Under the pieces are notes generated by a model. The model ran no database searches and was not told the DNA's origin. It saw nothing but the letters and a program-made list of their open reading frames with translations. A stretch of 62,365 nt of DNA, filler included. It is 9 parts of 9 records of this genome, joined end to end, with 100 filler letters (N's around TTAATTAATTAA, not from the genome) between each part and the next. Parts side by side here need not be neighbours in the genome. Positions count along the whole stretch, not along the records: positions 6,769 to 12,961 come from DRR723986_35047; positions 13,062 to 18,087 come from DRR723986_35060; positions 18,188 to 30,225 come from DRR723986_35062; 6 more parts are not named here. One strand, given 5' to 3'. Positions 8,871 through 18,294 of this stretch are shown in pieces. Position numbers and translations under genes: made by a program. Within the stretch, counting starts at the first letter, position 1. Every line of letters starts with the position of its first letter.

Positions 8871-11678
8871 TTATTCAATCAAAACAAATGCCGCCCAATA
8901 ATAAGGGTCATAGCGTTTTTGCATTTGCAATTGAGTCGCTCTGAAAGCTGAAGGAATATCTTTTGACTTAAGAAATAATTGGTAAAAGGTCGTCATGAAC
9001 TCTGCTGTTTCAGCATCTGGAACTTGCCATAAACTCATAATGACGTAATGAACGCCTGCCATTTTGAAAGCCCGTTGCAAACCGTAAACGCCCTCCGATC
9101 CTTTAATATCTCCAAGACCAGTTTCGCATGCTGACAAAACAACCAGTTCTGTTGAGCTCAAATTGAGAGTAGCCACTTCTTGAGCGGTTAATACCCCATC
9201 ATTTTCAGAAGCTTGTTTTTCATTGGTCCAAACATCATTGGCTCCAGAAAGTGCTAAGCCTGATCGCATCAACGGGTTTTTGTTTTCTACAAAACTCCAG
9301 TATCCATATGCACCTCCTCTAAATTCTAAATCTTCAATATCATCATCTTCTTCAATGACATTGTTTACCGTTTCTGGGTCTGGATAAAAATAACCGTGTG
9401 TTGCTATGTGCAAAACATTGCAAGTGGGCGCAACCTGCTTAAAGTTAGTTTCTGTTGCCTGGTTTCCAGTAAATTTTCGAACGGTCTTATCAGATGGTAA
9501 TTGGGCGCTTATATTATTTATTTCTTTTAGCGTACCCGGTAAATAACTCCATATTTCTTTGCTATTTTCAGAAGAACTGAATTGAGCACCCCCGAACAAT
9601 CCAAAGCTTAAGTCTGTCTCTATTTTTTCTGTTTGATTGATAATTTTTCCGGTACTGCTGATGGTGTGTAAATGGTATTGCTGACTCAGAAGTTCGCCTT
9701 TTTGATTACTCAAGGCAGAAAATGAGATTTTGTGAAACAAACCGCTTGGAGATAAATAAATTTCATTGACTCCTTTTAAATGCTGTTCGATAGGTTTCCA
9801 AATTAATTCATACAAACGCTTGTCAGTTTGCTCGCGGGTGCCATATATTTCATTGACAAATTTTAAATTATTGCCCTGGAGCTTACCTAAAATGCTTTGT
9901 AGTTCTTGTTCAGTGCATAAAGGGATTAGTTTAGGCGCTTGCTGTTTTTTTAACAGTAATGCAGAATAATAGACTGTCTGATTGTGCTGTTTTGGTAAAC
10001 TGTAGTGGACAAACTCAATGGCGACTTGGTTTTTTTCAAGGCCTCCTTGTACATTTTGCCAGGTAAGAGATTGCGCTTGTTCAAAGGATTTAAAAAGATC
10101 AGATTTGGAGATTAATTCTTTCTCCATGCTGTTAGATTCTTTTTCAAGATTTTTTGTGTCTTTGCCTTCTGCATAATATTTAGCAATGGTTTTCTTGTAT
10201 TTAATCCAATTGTTGTACAAGGTTATGAGCTCAAAGTTTTCAGACTGAAGTATGTTGTTGCGTAAAGCGGCGGTTGATTTAAGCGAGAGCTCTTTAATTC
10301 TAAGTGCGTTGTTGTAAGCTGCAAGTTGCATGCTATCGTTTTCTATGTTTTCAGCTGTTAAGAAATAGTAAAGCATATAGTCTTTATCCATGGTTTTGAA
10401 ATACAGCTCCTTTTCGCGCTCTGCTAGTACAATGAAGTTTGATTTCAACTCATTGTTTCTGATGTCAATCAATTGATGAACAAAGGATATGGCTTGTTGA
10501 TTTTCTTTCTGTTCTGCAGACAATACCGCCAATTCACGATAAGTATTTGTTAACTGTTCTATTGACCTAGATTCATTGGCATAGTCAGCTGCTAGGTTGT
10601 AGTAGGCTTTTGCTGAATCTGTTTGACCCAGTTCATTGTAGGCTCTAGCAATATTGTTGGCAGCAATGGCCATATCTTTTTTTTGGCCCAGCTCGGTAAA
10701 GAGTTCATAACTCAACTGGCCCTGATGAAGCGCTTCATCATATTTTTGTTGAGTGTAATAAGTAGTGCTGAGGTTAGAGTGAATAAAGCCCTGGTTTGAA
10801 ATCGACTTTTCATCAATGGCAATTTTCAATGATCGGTTAAAGTATTGCTGTGCGGCTTCTAAGTTGCCTTTTACCATATAACTATATCCAACATTGGTTA
10901 AAACACTAGACAAGCCGTTTTGATCTCCTATTTTTTCATAGATAGCAGCGGTTTCTATGAACAATTCAATAGCGCGTTCTCCGTTCCCCATCACTCGGTA
11001 TACATTGGCAACATTGTTTAATATAATGGCTTGGCTTCGTTCACTTTCAAAAACTAGTGAATAGGCGTAAGCTTCTTCATACTTTTTAGTGGCTTCGACA
11101 TAATTTCCCGTTTTGTAATAAATAGCCCCAATATTGTTGAGAGAGATGATGACTTCGCCAGTATCTTTCAACTGCTCTCTTAGTTCTAAACTTTTGTCAT
11201 AATAATCTAAAGCTACATCAGTTCTGCCTAAGTTGCTGTATATGAATCCCAAGTTGTTTAACGATTCTGATAAGCCGTTTTTATCACCAATTTTTTTGCG
11301 GGTCGCTAGCGAAAGTTCAAAATACTCAATAGCTTGTTGAAGTCTGCCATTAAAATAATGGTAAACACCAATAGAATTTTGAGCGGCAGCTTTACCTCTT
11401 AGCAATTGAATACGTGTATCACTATTCAAATTTTCTGCAGCTAATTCCATTGTTGCAATAGAATCGGCTAGGTTACCCATGTAGTAAACTGTGTCTAAGT
11501 TAACTACATGCATAATGTCTGTAAGTTGATTGTAACTGAAAATTACATCTACCGCGGAAGACGTAGGGTTATTAATAACTTGATTAAGGCTGTCAATTTG
11601 CTGTTGTTGTTCGTCTGAAAATTGCGAAAATGTTACAGAAACAAATGCGAGTTGGGCGATTAGTAAAAAGGTCTTCAT
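8871..11678 (-). CDS. TPR-repeat plus CHAT (caspase-like, clan CD) domain protein with signal peptide
   Basis: Many TPR repeats (SLNNLGFIY, SLNNIGAIY). CHAT catalytic motifs LHIATHG and VVLSACETG, C-terminal PYYWAAFVL. Start at ATG 11678 just after a TAATTTTG promoter element. Confidence 0.93.
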   Translation of the reverse strand: MKTFLLIAQLAFVSVTFSQFSDEQQQQIDSLNQVINNPTSSAVDVIFSYNQLTDIMHVVNLDTVYYMGNLADSIATMELAAENLNSDTRIQLLRGKAAAQNSIGVYHYFNGRLQQAIEYFELSLATRKKIGDKNGLSESLNNLGFIYSNLGRTDVALDYYDKSLELREQLKDTGEVIISLNNIGAIYYKTGNYVEATKKYEEAYAYSLVFESERSQAIILNNVANVYRVMGNGERAIELFIETAAIYEKIGDQNGLSSVLTNVGYSYMVKGNLEAAQQYFNRSLKIAIDEKSISNQGFIHSNLSTTYYTQQKYDEALHQGQLSYELFTELGQKKDMAIAANNIARAYNELGQTDSAKAYYNLAADYANESRSIEQLTNTYRELAVLSAEQKENQQAISFVHQLIDIRNNELKSNFIVLAEREKELYFKTMDKDYMLYYFLTAENIENDSMQLAAYNNALRIKELSLKSTAALRNNILQSENFELITLYNNWIKYKKTIAKYYAEGKDTKNLEKESNSMEKELISKSDLFKSFEQAQSLTWQNVQGGLEKNQVAIEFVHYSLPKQHNQTVYYSALLLKKQQAPKLIPLCTEQELQSILGKLQGNNLKFVNEIYGTREQTDKRLYELIWKPIEQHLKGVNEIYLSPSGLFHKISFSALSNQKGELLSQQYHLHTISSTGKIINQTEKIETDLSFGLFGGAQFSSSENSKEIWSYLPGTLKEINNISAQLPSDKTVRKFTGNQATETNFKQVAPTCNVLHIATHGYFYPDPETVNNVIEEDDDIEDLEFRGGAYGYWSFVENKNPLMRSGLALSGANDVWTNEKQASENDGVLTAQEVATLNLSSTELVVLSACETGLGDIKGSEGVYGLQRAFKMAGVHYVIMSLWQVPDAETAEFMTTFYQLFLKSKDIPSAFRATQLQMQKRYDPYYWAAFVLIE

Positions 11679-11872
11679 GAAGATCAAAATTACTAAATGG
11701 CTTGCACTTAATAATATCTTGATTGATCTTAACCCCTTGCTATTTGGGAAAATTATCTGTAAATCAATTCGGTAGCATGTTTAAAAAATTTAGATGTTTG
11801 ATATGACGTGAGATAAAAAAACAAGTTCCAATATTAAATAGACGACCATTTTTTGAAAAACTATTTGCTCAA

Positions 11873-12709
11873 TTAAAAACTCCGAACGGCTACATAATTT
11901 GCATTAGTACCTTTATACGCAACTCCAACGTTTCCATTAACTAAATCTAGTCTGACGCAGTAGTTGGTCAAGTTCGTACTTTGAGTAGAAGTAATATATG
12001 ATCCCGCTAAGGGGCTAAAGTGCCCGGCTTGCACTAAGTTTTCGTAAATCAAAACGAGTTCTTCTTCAGAGGGCAAAAACCAATCGTCATATCCACCTTG
12101 CACCAAGTCATAGCATTTTTGAGGAGCAGAATAAGAGATGTTGGTACTGTTCACAATAAGAGAAGTGTTGTAAGCCCCTCCTCCCACGTTAGCTATGGTA
12201 TTGGGCACGTCCATGTCTTCTACCCAGGCGCCGGTATAAGGTGATGTACTCATTTCCATTCCGCCACCTAGATGGTCTTGATAAAAGATTATTCCTCCTC
12301 CAGGTCCTGTAGTGCCTATTAAGTCAGGTGGCCCTGGTTTAGTGGTAAATCGAATGGTATCTTCGGAGTAAATTTTGGTGTGACCATGTAAAAAACAGTA
12401 GACCGTACAGAAATACGTAGTATTGGTATCTAGACCATACAAGGTGCTTTCAAATGTAACTGAGTTGCCAGAAATGCCGGCGTCACTGTAGAGTTTGGGC
12501 CAATGGTATGGGTCTTCAGCTCCGTATTTTAACCCCCAATTTTTCATAGGGGCAGTGCTGTACACATTACCTGTAACCTTAAAGGTTGCCGAATTTTCAG
12601 TGACATCTATGGTAGTGATAATCCCATTCGGAATGCCGTATTCAACTTTCTCTTTTTTACACGAACTCAACAGCACAATTATACTTGCTAAATAGATTAA
12701 ATTTTTCAT
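11873..12709 (-). CDS. Lipoprotein with FN3-like and DUF1566/Lcl-like C-terminal domains
   Basis: Lipobox LLSSC after MKNLIY. Motifs LYGLDTNTTYF, GPGGGIIFY, GGYDDWFLPSEEEL and terminal VAVRSF. Confidence 0.78.
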   Translation of the reverse strand: MKNLIYLASIIVLLSSCKKEKVEYGIPNGIITTIDVTENSATFKVTGNVYSTAPMKNWGLKYGAEDPYHWPKLYSDAGISGNSVTFESTLYGLDTNTTYFCTVYCFLHGHTKIYSEDTIRFTTKPGPPDLIGTTGPGGGIIFYQDHLGGGMEMSTSPYTGAWVEDMDVPNTIANVGGGAYNTSLIVNSTNISYSAPQKCYDLVQGGYDDWFLPSEEELVLIYENLVQAGHFSPLAGSYITSTQSTNLTNYCVRLDLVNGNVGVAYKGTNANYVAVRSF

Positions 12710-12931
12710 TTTGTTTTGCTTTACTTGTGGCAACAAAGTTAGCGGCAAGGTGGTGGGTTATCGAATTGAATTCCGCAAGCTGATGGTGGTTTTTGCGATT
12801 TTCGCAGGAGGTTATGAATGATGGAGAGTTGGGTAAGTTTTGCTTAAATCTTAAGTTCGGTTTTGAATGGTGTAAGACTTAAATGTGGGTATCAACCTCT
12901 CGCAAGGGGCAGAACATTTGAAAACCATTTT

Positions 12932-12961
12932 ACCTGACTTCGAGACTAGGTCAGGATTTAT
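12932..12961 (-). repeat. 30-bp terminal inverted repeat, right copy
   Basis: ACCTGACTTCGAGACTAGGTCAGGATTTAT is the reverse complement of 6769-6798. Confidence 0.95.
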
Positions 12962-13061
12962 NNNNNNNNNNNNNNNNNNNNNNNNNNNNNNNNNNNNNNN
13001 NNNNNTTAATTAATTAANNNNNNNNNNNNNNNNNNNNNNNNNNNNNNNNNNNNNNNNNNNN

Positions 13062-13892
13062 AAACTCGCGCCAGACCAGCTCTTTCAGGAAATGCTCAGC
13101 CCCCTTGCCACCCGCCCCCTCCATCGCGCGCCAGCCTGCGTGCCAGCATTGGCGGGGGGATATTTCGCCATAGGCCAGCGGCTCTGACAGGCCAGATGTG
13201 GCATCGAGATCGAGAAAATCCCGCTCGTCCCTGTAGCGTGCGCTCTGCGTCTCGATGAACGAAGTCAGTCGGGCCATCGCAGCCGCTTCCCCAAGCAAAA
13301 GGTGCCTTTCCACGATGTCCACGCCGCGCTTCATCGCGGCATCAAGCGCCCAGTCCTTGAGGGACTCGCTGTCTGGCCAAGTGGCGGGAAAGATCAGGTC
13401 CGGCACCTTGAGCGGCGCGGGAACGTCTCGGTCACGGACCGCCCGCCAGAAGGGCGTATAGACCCGGTAAAATCCGCCGGTTCCGGTTTCCACGGTCCAG
13501 GGCTCGAACAGCAGATGCGCGTTGAAGCTTTCAACCGCGATCCCACGTTCCTTGAGGGCCGCCTTGACCCGGCTGTCCCGATCCCGTGCCGCAGGATCAT
13601 AAAGCCGGTTCCACACGACCCTGGTCGCGCCGGTTTCGGCGATCAGTTGCAGCAGAACCTCCAGCGCGTCGCCCGTGCGCAGAACGACCTTGCCTCCGCG
13701 CGGGCCAAGATTTTTGCAAAAATCTTCCACCGCCCGGCCGAACCGGAACGCCGGGGCCGCGCCGAGATCGCGGACCGAGCCGTCGCGGATCACCACCGGG
13801 ATCACAGGCTGCCCGGCGCAGGAGGAGAGCGCCGGGTTGTCAGCCAACCGAAAATCCCGGCGCATCCAGTAGAGGATCGGTGCTGTGCTCAT
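13062..13892 (-). CDS. Deoxyribodipyrimidine photolyase (3' truncated by contig end)
   Basis: Motifs WMRRDFRLADNPAL, YRVYTPFW, TSGLSEPLAYGEISPR, FLKELVWREF. Confidence 0.93.
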
Positions 13893-13951
13893 TGCCCTGC
13901 CCTTGTCATTGGATCACGACACTTAGGGCGGGCGATCAGGCGGTCAACGGC

Positions 13952-15169
13952 TCAGATCACCTTGTCGAGGGCGCGGATCAGCTGATTGATTTCGTCCTCA
14001 TTCGTGTAATGGGTGAAGCTCAGCCGCAGAACCCCCGCATCGGCGTCGATGCCCATGGCCTGAAGCGCACGCACGGCATAGAAATCGCCGCCGCCTGCCA
14101 TGATGCCATGCGATGACAGATCAGCCGCTGCCGCCTCCCCCGGACGGTTCAGCGCCACCGCAACTGTCGGCGCGCGGCCCTCGGCTTTAGCGGGGCCAAG
14201 AAGCCGGGCAGAGTTCTTCGAGGCCAGGTAATCCAGCAGCGGCTGCAACAGCGCCTTTTCATGATCCCGCATCAGGCCATGCGCAAAGCGGGCCGCCCCG
14301 GCCCCGCTGGCCGGTCCTCCGTGATGGGCGGACATTGCCTCCATGTAATCGGCCATGCCTGCGCTGGCCGCGACCTGGGCGTGATCCGGCCCGGCCGGGG
14401 TGAAGCGTTTGTAGAGCGAGCCTTCGTTGAAATTATGCCCCTGGTTCGGCAACGCCTCGCCAAGTGCACGCCGGATCACCATGATACCCTGATGCGGCCC
14501 GTAGGTCTTGTAGGCCGAGAACAGGTAGATATCGGCCCCAAGTGCGCCCACATCCTCGAACCCGTGCGGTGCATAGCTGACGCCATCAACGCAGGTATAC
14601 GCCCCCGCCACCCTGGCCTGCGCGCAGATCGCGGCCACGTCGTTCACTTCGCCCACCACGTTGGAACAGTGCGGGAAACAGACCAGCCGGACCTTGCCAT
14701 CAGCCATCAGAGTCACCAAGGCCGCAGGGTCCAGATGCCCGGTCTCGGGGTCGATCTGCCATTCGCGAACCTCGATCCCCTCATGCGCAAGCCGTCGCCA
14801 GGGGCCGGAATTGGCCTCGTGATCCTGATTGGTCACGACGATGGCATCCCCGTCCCCCAGATGCTGCCGAAACGCTTGCGCCAGAACATAGGTGTTCTGT
14901 GTGGTCGAGGGGCCGAAGCTCAGCTCATCCGTATCCACGCCCAGCATCGCCGCCAGACGGCTGCGCGCTTCGTCCATCTCTTCACCGCCCAAACGACTTG
15001 CCTCATAGGGCGCATAGGGCTGCACCTTGCGTTCGGTGTAAAAGCGAAACAGCCGGTCAATCACCGGCTTGCAGGTATAGCTGCCGCCCGCGTTTTCAAA
15101 GAAGGCCTGCCCCTGAAGGGAGGGCTGCGAAAAGGCCGGGAACTGCGCCCGTACCCAGTCAATATCCAT
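13952..15169 (-). CDS. Aminotransferase class V / cysteine desulfurase-like PLP enzyme
   Basis: MDIDWVRAQFP, FENAGGS, DHEANSGPW, VDGVSYAPH, FSAYKTYGPH (PLP lysine). Confidence 0.9.
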   Translation of the reverse strand: MDIDWVRAQFPAFSQPSLQGQAFFENAGGSYTCKPVIDRLFRFYTERKVQPYAPYEASRLGGEEMDEARSRLAAMLGVDTDELSFGPSTTQNTYVLAQAFRQHLGDGDAIVVTNQDHEANSGPWRRLAHEGIEVREWQIDPETGHLDPAALVTLMADGKVRLVCFPHCSNVVGEVNDVAAICAQARVAGAYTCVDGVSYAPHGFEDVGALGADIYLFSAYKTYGPHQGIMVIRRALGEALPNQGHNFNEGSLYKRFTPAGPDHAQVAASAGMADYMEAMSAHHGGPASGAGAARFAHGLMRDHEKALLQPLLDYLASKNSARLLGPAKAEGRAPTVAVALNRPGEAAAADLSSHGIMAGGGDFYAVRALQAMGIDADAGVLRLSFTHYTNEDEINQLIRALDKVI

Positions 15170-15360
15170 GGTGGTCACTTTGCGATCCTTTGTTTTGTCA
15201 CCCTCTCGGGAAAGCCGCACCACAGGCGGGCATCCCCAACCTGGCAGGTCTTCCAGCCGAGCCGGCGACCCCGGCGGATCAGCGGCAGCCGCAGGCCGAT
15301 GCCGGCGACAGGATATGGCTACGACAGGCCATGCCCCGGGTCAATCACCCGCCGCCAACG

Positions 15361-15392
15361 GAAAATCCCCCGCCGGTTGTCCGACGGGGGAT
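15361..15392 (-). terminator. Intrinsic terminator after the BCCT gene
   Basis: Minus strand reads ATCCCCCGTCGG-ACAA-CCGGCGGGGGAT-TTTC. Confidence 0.7.
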
Positions 15393-15417
15393 CGCTTGGT
15401 GTTTCAGGCAGGATGCG

Positions 15418-17067
15418 TCACCCGCGATAGACGCTTTCCACACCCTTCCGTTCACGGGCGGCATCGCGCCAGATACCCTTGATCACGGCAAAGCCCATCA
15501 GCAGCATCACGAAGCTGAAGGGCAGCGCCCCGATGACCATGGCGGTCTGGATCGCACCCAACCCGCCGATGACCAGCAACGCCCCCACGACCAGCGCCAG
15601 GGCAGCGCCCCAGAACAGGATATGCGGACGGCCCTTCGGCCCTTCATCCCCGCCGGAATTGATCGTGTTGACGATCAGAACCGCAGAGTCAGCCGAGGTC
15701 ACCAGATAGGTCAGCAGCAGGATCACCACGATCACCGCCATCACCCAGGCCAGACCCGAGGACAACATGACATCGAGCATCGCAAAGAGCTGCGATTCCG
15801 CGCCTGCGCCAGTGATTGCATCGCCCGCATCACCGTTCAGGGTCAGGTCAATCGCGGTGCCGCCGACAATGGCGAACCAGACGAAGCACATCGTCGACGG
15901 GATGATGATTGCACCAAGAACGTATTCGCGCACGGTCCGACCACGGGAAATACGGGCCAGGAACACGCCCACGAAGGGGGCAAACGCAATCCACCAGGCC
16001 CAGTAGAACACCGACCATCCGCCCTGCCATCCGGCAAGTTGGGTCGCCACCGAGTCTTCCACGCCATCTGCCCGCCAGACGGTGAACATCATCGACGGCA
16101 GATTGACGAGATAGTCAAAGATGCCGACGAACAGCGCCTGAAGGCCGAAGAAGGTAGAGCCGAAGATCAGGAAAAAGGCCAGCAGGAAGAAGCTGAGACC
16201 CATGTTGATATTCGACAGCCACTTGATGCCCTTGCCCACGCCGGACAGCGCCGACAGGGTGGAGGCCCCCATGATCACCACCAGCGCGAAGATGATCGCC
16301 ATGGTCGAGGCGCTGCCATCGTCATTCAGCAGCCAGTCGCCAAAACCGATGCGATGCACACCGGCCACGAACTGGTTCACCCCGAACCCGAGCGTTTGCG
16401 ACACGCCCAGAACCGTTGCAACCACGGCTACGATATCGACAACATGGCCAAGCGTGCCGGACAGCGACCGCCCGAACAGCGGCACCAGCGCCGACCGGAT
16501 GGTCAGCGGCAGATTGCGGCGATACGAGAAATAGGCCAGCGACAGCCCGACCAGCGCATAGCAGGCCCAGGCCCCGATGCCCCAATGCAGGAACGACCAC
16601 CTATAGGCATTGCGCACGTTTTCCGCGGTCGATCCTTCCGCGTCGCCCATGATCACATCCGGATTGGTCGCGAAATGATAGATCGGCTCAGCCGTTGCAA
16701 AGGTCAGCATCCCGATACCGATCCCGGCCCCGAACATCATCGAGAACCAGGAAAAGTTCGAAAACTCCGGTTTGTCTTCCGGCAGACCAAGCGTCAACCG
16801 CCCCGTCGACGGCACAAGTGCCAGAAGGATGCAGACGATGATGAAGAAAGCGACGACCCAGATATACCAGGCTGCGAAATTCGCCAGCAGGAAGCTGTTC
16901 AGGCTGCCAAGCACGCTGGCGGCGTTGTCGGGGAAGGCAACGGCCCAGATGATCAGCGCACCGACCAGAATCTTTGCTGTTACCGTGACGTCCTTGCTGA
17001 ACCCGTCATAAAATCCGCCTTGTGCGGTCTTGATCGGCAGTTCCATCAATGGGGGCTTATTTGCCAT
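15418..17067 (-). CDS. BCCT family (betaine/carnitine/choline) transporter
   Basis: About 12 TM helices. Motifs PEFSNFSWFSMMFGAGIGIG, HWG, WSVFYWAWWIAFAPFVGVFLARISRGRT, TSADS. Confidence 0.96.
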   Translation of the reverse strand: MANKPPLMELPIKTAQGGFYDGFSKDVTVTAKILVGALIIWAVAFPDNAASVLGSLNSFLLANFAAWYIWVVAFFIIVCILLALVPSTGRLTLGLPEDKPEFSNFSWFSMMFGAGIGIGMLTFATAEPIYHFATNPDVIMGDAEGSTAENVRNAYRWSFLHWGIGAWACYALVGLSLAYFSYRRNLPLTIRSALVPLFGRSLSGTLGHVVDIVAVVATVLGVSQTLGFGVNQFVAGVHRIGFGDWLLNDDGSASTMAIIFALVVIMGASTLSALSGVGKGIKWLSNINMGLSFFLLAFFLIFGSTFFGLQALFVGIFDYLVNLPSMMFTVWRADGVEDSVATQLAGWQGGWSVFYWAWWIAFAPFVGVFLARISRGRTVREYVLGAIIIPSTMCFVWFAIVGGTAIDLTLNGDAGDAITGAGAESQLFAMLDVMLSSGLAWVMAVIVVILLLTYLVTSADSAVLIVNTINSGGDEGPKGRPHILFWGAALALVVGALLVIGGLGAIQTAMVIGALPFSFVMLLMGFAVIKGIWRDAARERKGVESVYRG

Positions 17068-17412
17068 AGAATTCTCCTCCCATATGTTCTGGAAAAACTG
17101 TTTTGCGGACGTCTCCCACAGCTCCTTTCCATACCGCTCCCGGAGTCGTTTTTCCGAAATGAACCGGGTGCGGCCGTCTGTCTCTCCCTTGCGGCAAGCC
17201 TTAGAGCGGGGGGCTGTCCTTTCTTGTACAAAAACGGCACTTCCCCCCCCGGCGGCGGCGTCAAAGCGCCTTGAAGCGACGCAACCTGAGGATGAGACCC
17301 GGCCAGAGCCTGCGAACCGGACACAGCGCGGTCAGGGTCGTTGCAGAGTCAATAAAATCAGGGGTCTCACCGCATGAGACACCCATAGCTTCCTGTGGCT
17401 CGCTTGGGTGGT

Positions 17413-17874
17413 CTACGTCGTCAATCGCCGTACGAACCGCCGCTCTGTCTGCGGCTGCTCGTGAAACCCGAAAGCCTGATAGGCCTGGCAGGCCGCGTGG
17501 TTTTCGGGCATGGCCGCGACACTCAGCACCCCGGCCCCGAGCCCCTCGGCCAGCCGCTCGGCAGCGCCCACAAGGGCGCGTCCAACCCCCTGCCCGCGCA
17601 CCCCCTTGTGCACATAGAGATGGTGCAGATCCATCGCCCGTTCGCCGAACTGAACCCGGGCACGCGGACACAGCATGGCGTAACCGCAGAGCGACCCGGC
17701 CCGCTCTGCCACCAACACATGAAGCCAGGGCGCCTGGCCCAGGCAGTCGCGCGCCAGTGTTGCGGGGGTGACGGTCGGGGTGTCGCCGTGGAAGCGGGCG
17801 AGGTGACGGACCATATCGGCCAGCGCCTCGAGATCCTGGGGCGTGACGGGGCGAATGATCGGGCTTTGGGGCAT
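17413..17874 (-). CDS. GNAT family N-acetyltransferase (SSAT-like)
   Basis: IRPVTPQDL, HHLYV, acetyl-CoA motif RGQGVGRAL, ENHAACQAYQAFGF. GGAG RBS precedes ATG 17874. Confidence 0.9.
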   Translation of the reverse strand: MPQSPIIRPVTPQDLEALADMVRHLARFHGDTPTVTPATLARDCLGQAPWLHVLVAERAGSLCGYAMLCPRARVQFGERAMDLHHLYVHKGVRGQGVGRALVGAAERLAEGLGAGVLSVAAMPENHAACQAYQAFGFHEQPQTERRFVRRLTT

Positions 17875-17914
17875 GTCTTGGTCTCCGGCTGGGACCATCA
17901 AAGCCGGATCACAT

Positions 17915-17940
17915 AAAAAAACCGCCCCTGATGGCGGTTT
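17915..17940 (-). terminator. Attenuator terminator upstream of the GNAT gene
   Basis: Minus strand reads AAACCGCC-ATCAGG-GGCGGTTT-TTTT. It lies between the leader ORF and the GNAT start. Confidence 0.85.
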
Positions 17941-17968
17941 GTCTTATCTGCACATGGTATCCGCCGCT

Positions 17969-18016
17969 CTATGAGAACGCGCGATAATAAACAGACATTG
18001 CGAATGGATGGGTCAT
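17969..18016 (-). CDS. Putative leader peptide MTHPFAMSVYYRAFS* (Tyr-Tyr)
   Basis: 15-codon ORF not in the ORF track. TTGACG-N17-CAAAAG ends 6 nt before the ATG, implying a leaderless start. It overlaps alternative hairpins. Confidence 0.72.
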   Translation of the reverse strand: MTHPFAMSVYYRAFS

Positions 18017-18294
18017 ATGTCGCTTTTGCTCAGGTCACAACGCCCCGTCAAGCCCTTCCCCTTTCATCTTGGTAAAAATACCTCGGGNNNNNNNNNNNNN
18101 NNNNNNNNNNNNNNNNNNNNNNNNNNNNNNNTTAATTAATTAANNNNNNNNNNNNNNNNNNNNNNNNNNNNNNNNNNNNNNNNNNNNTCTTCGGTCATCG
18201 GTCTTCCAACCTGATAAACAAGGAATCTAGGGTGACTGGCGCCATTTCGGATAATCATATTTCGAATCTTTCAATTTTCCAATCTCGAATCCTA

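Noticed and set aside
8871-11678. CHAT protease as part of a Craspase or gasdermin defence system
   Set aside because: There is no Cas7-11, gasdermin or CRISPR array on the contig, and the protein has a signal peptide.
14899-17274. 791-aa plus-strand ORF, and similar long shadow ORFs such as 14261-15430, 48409-49350 and 61355-62074
   Set aside because: They are antisense to clearly recognisable genes in high-GC DNA and have no domain signal.
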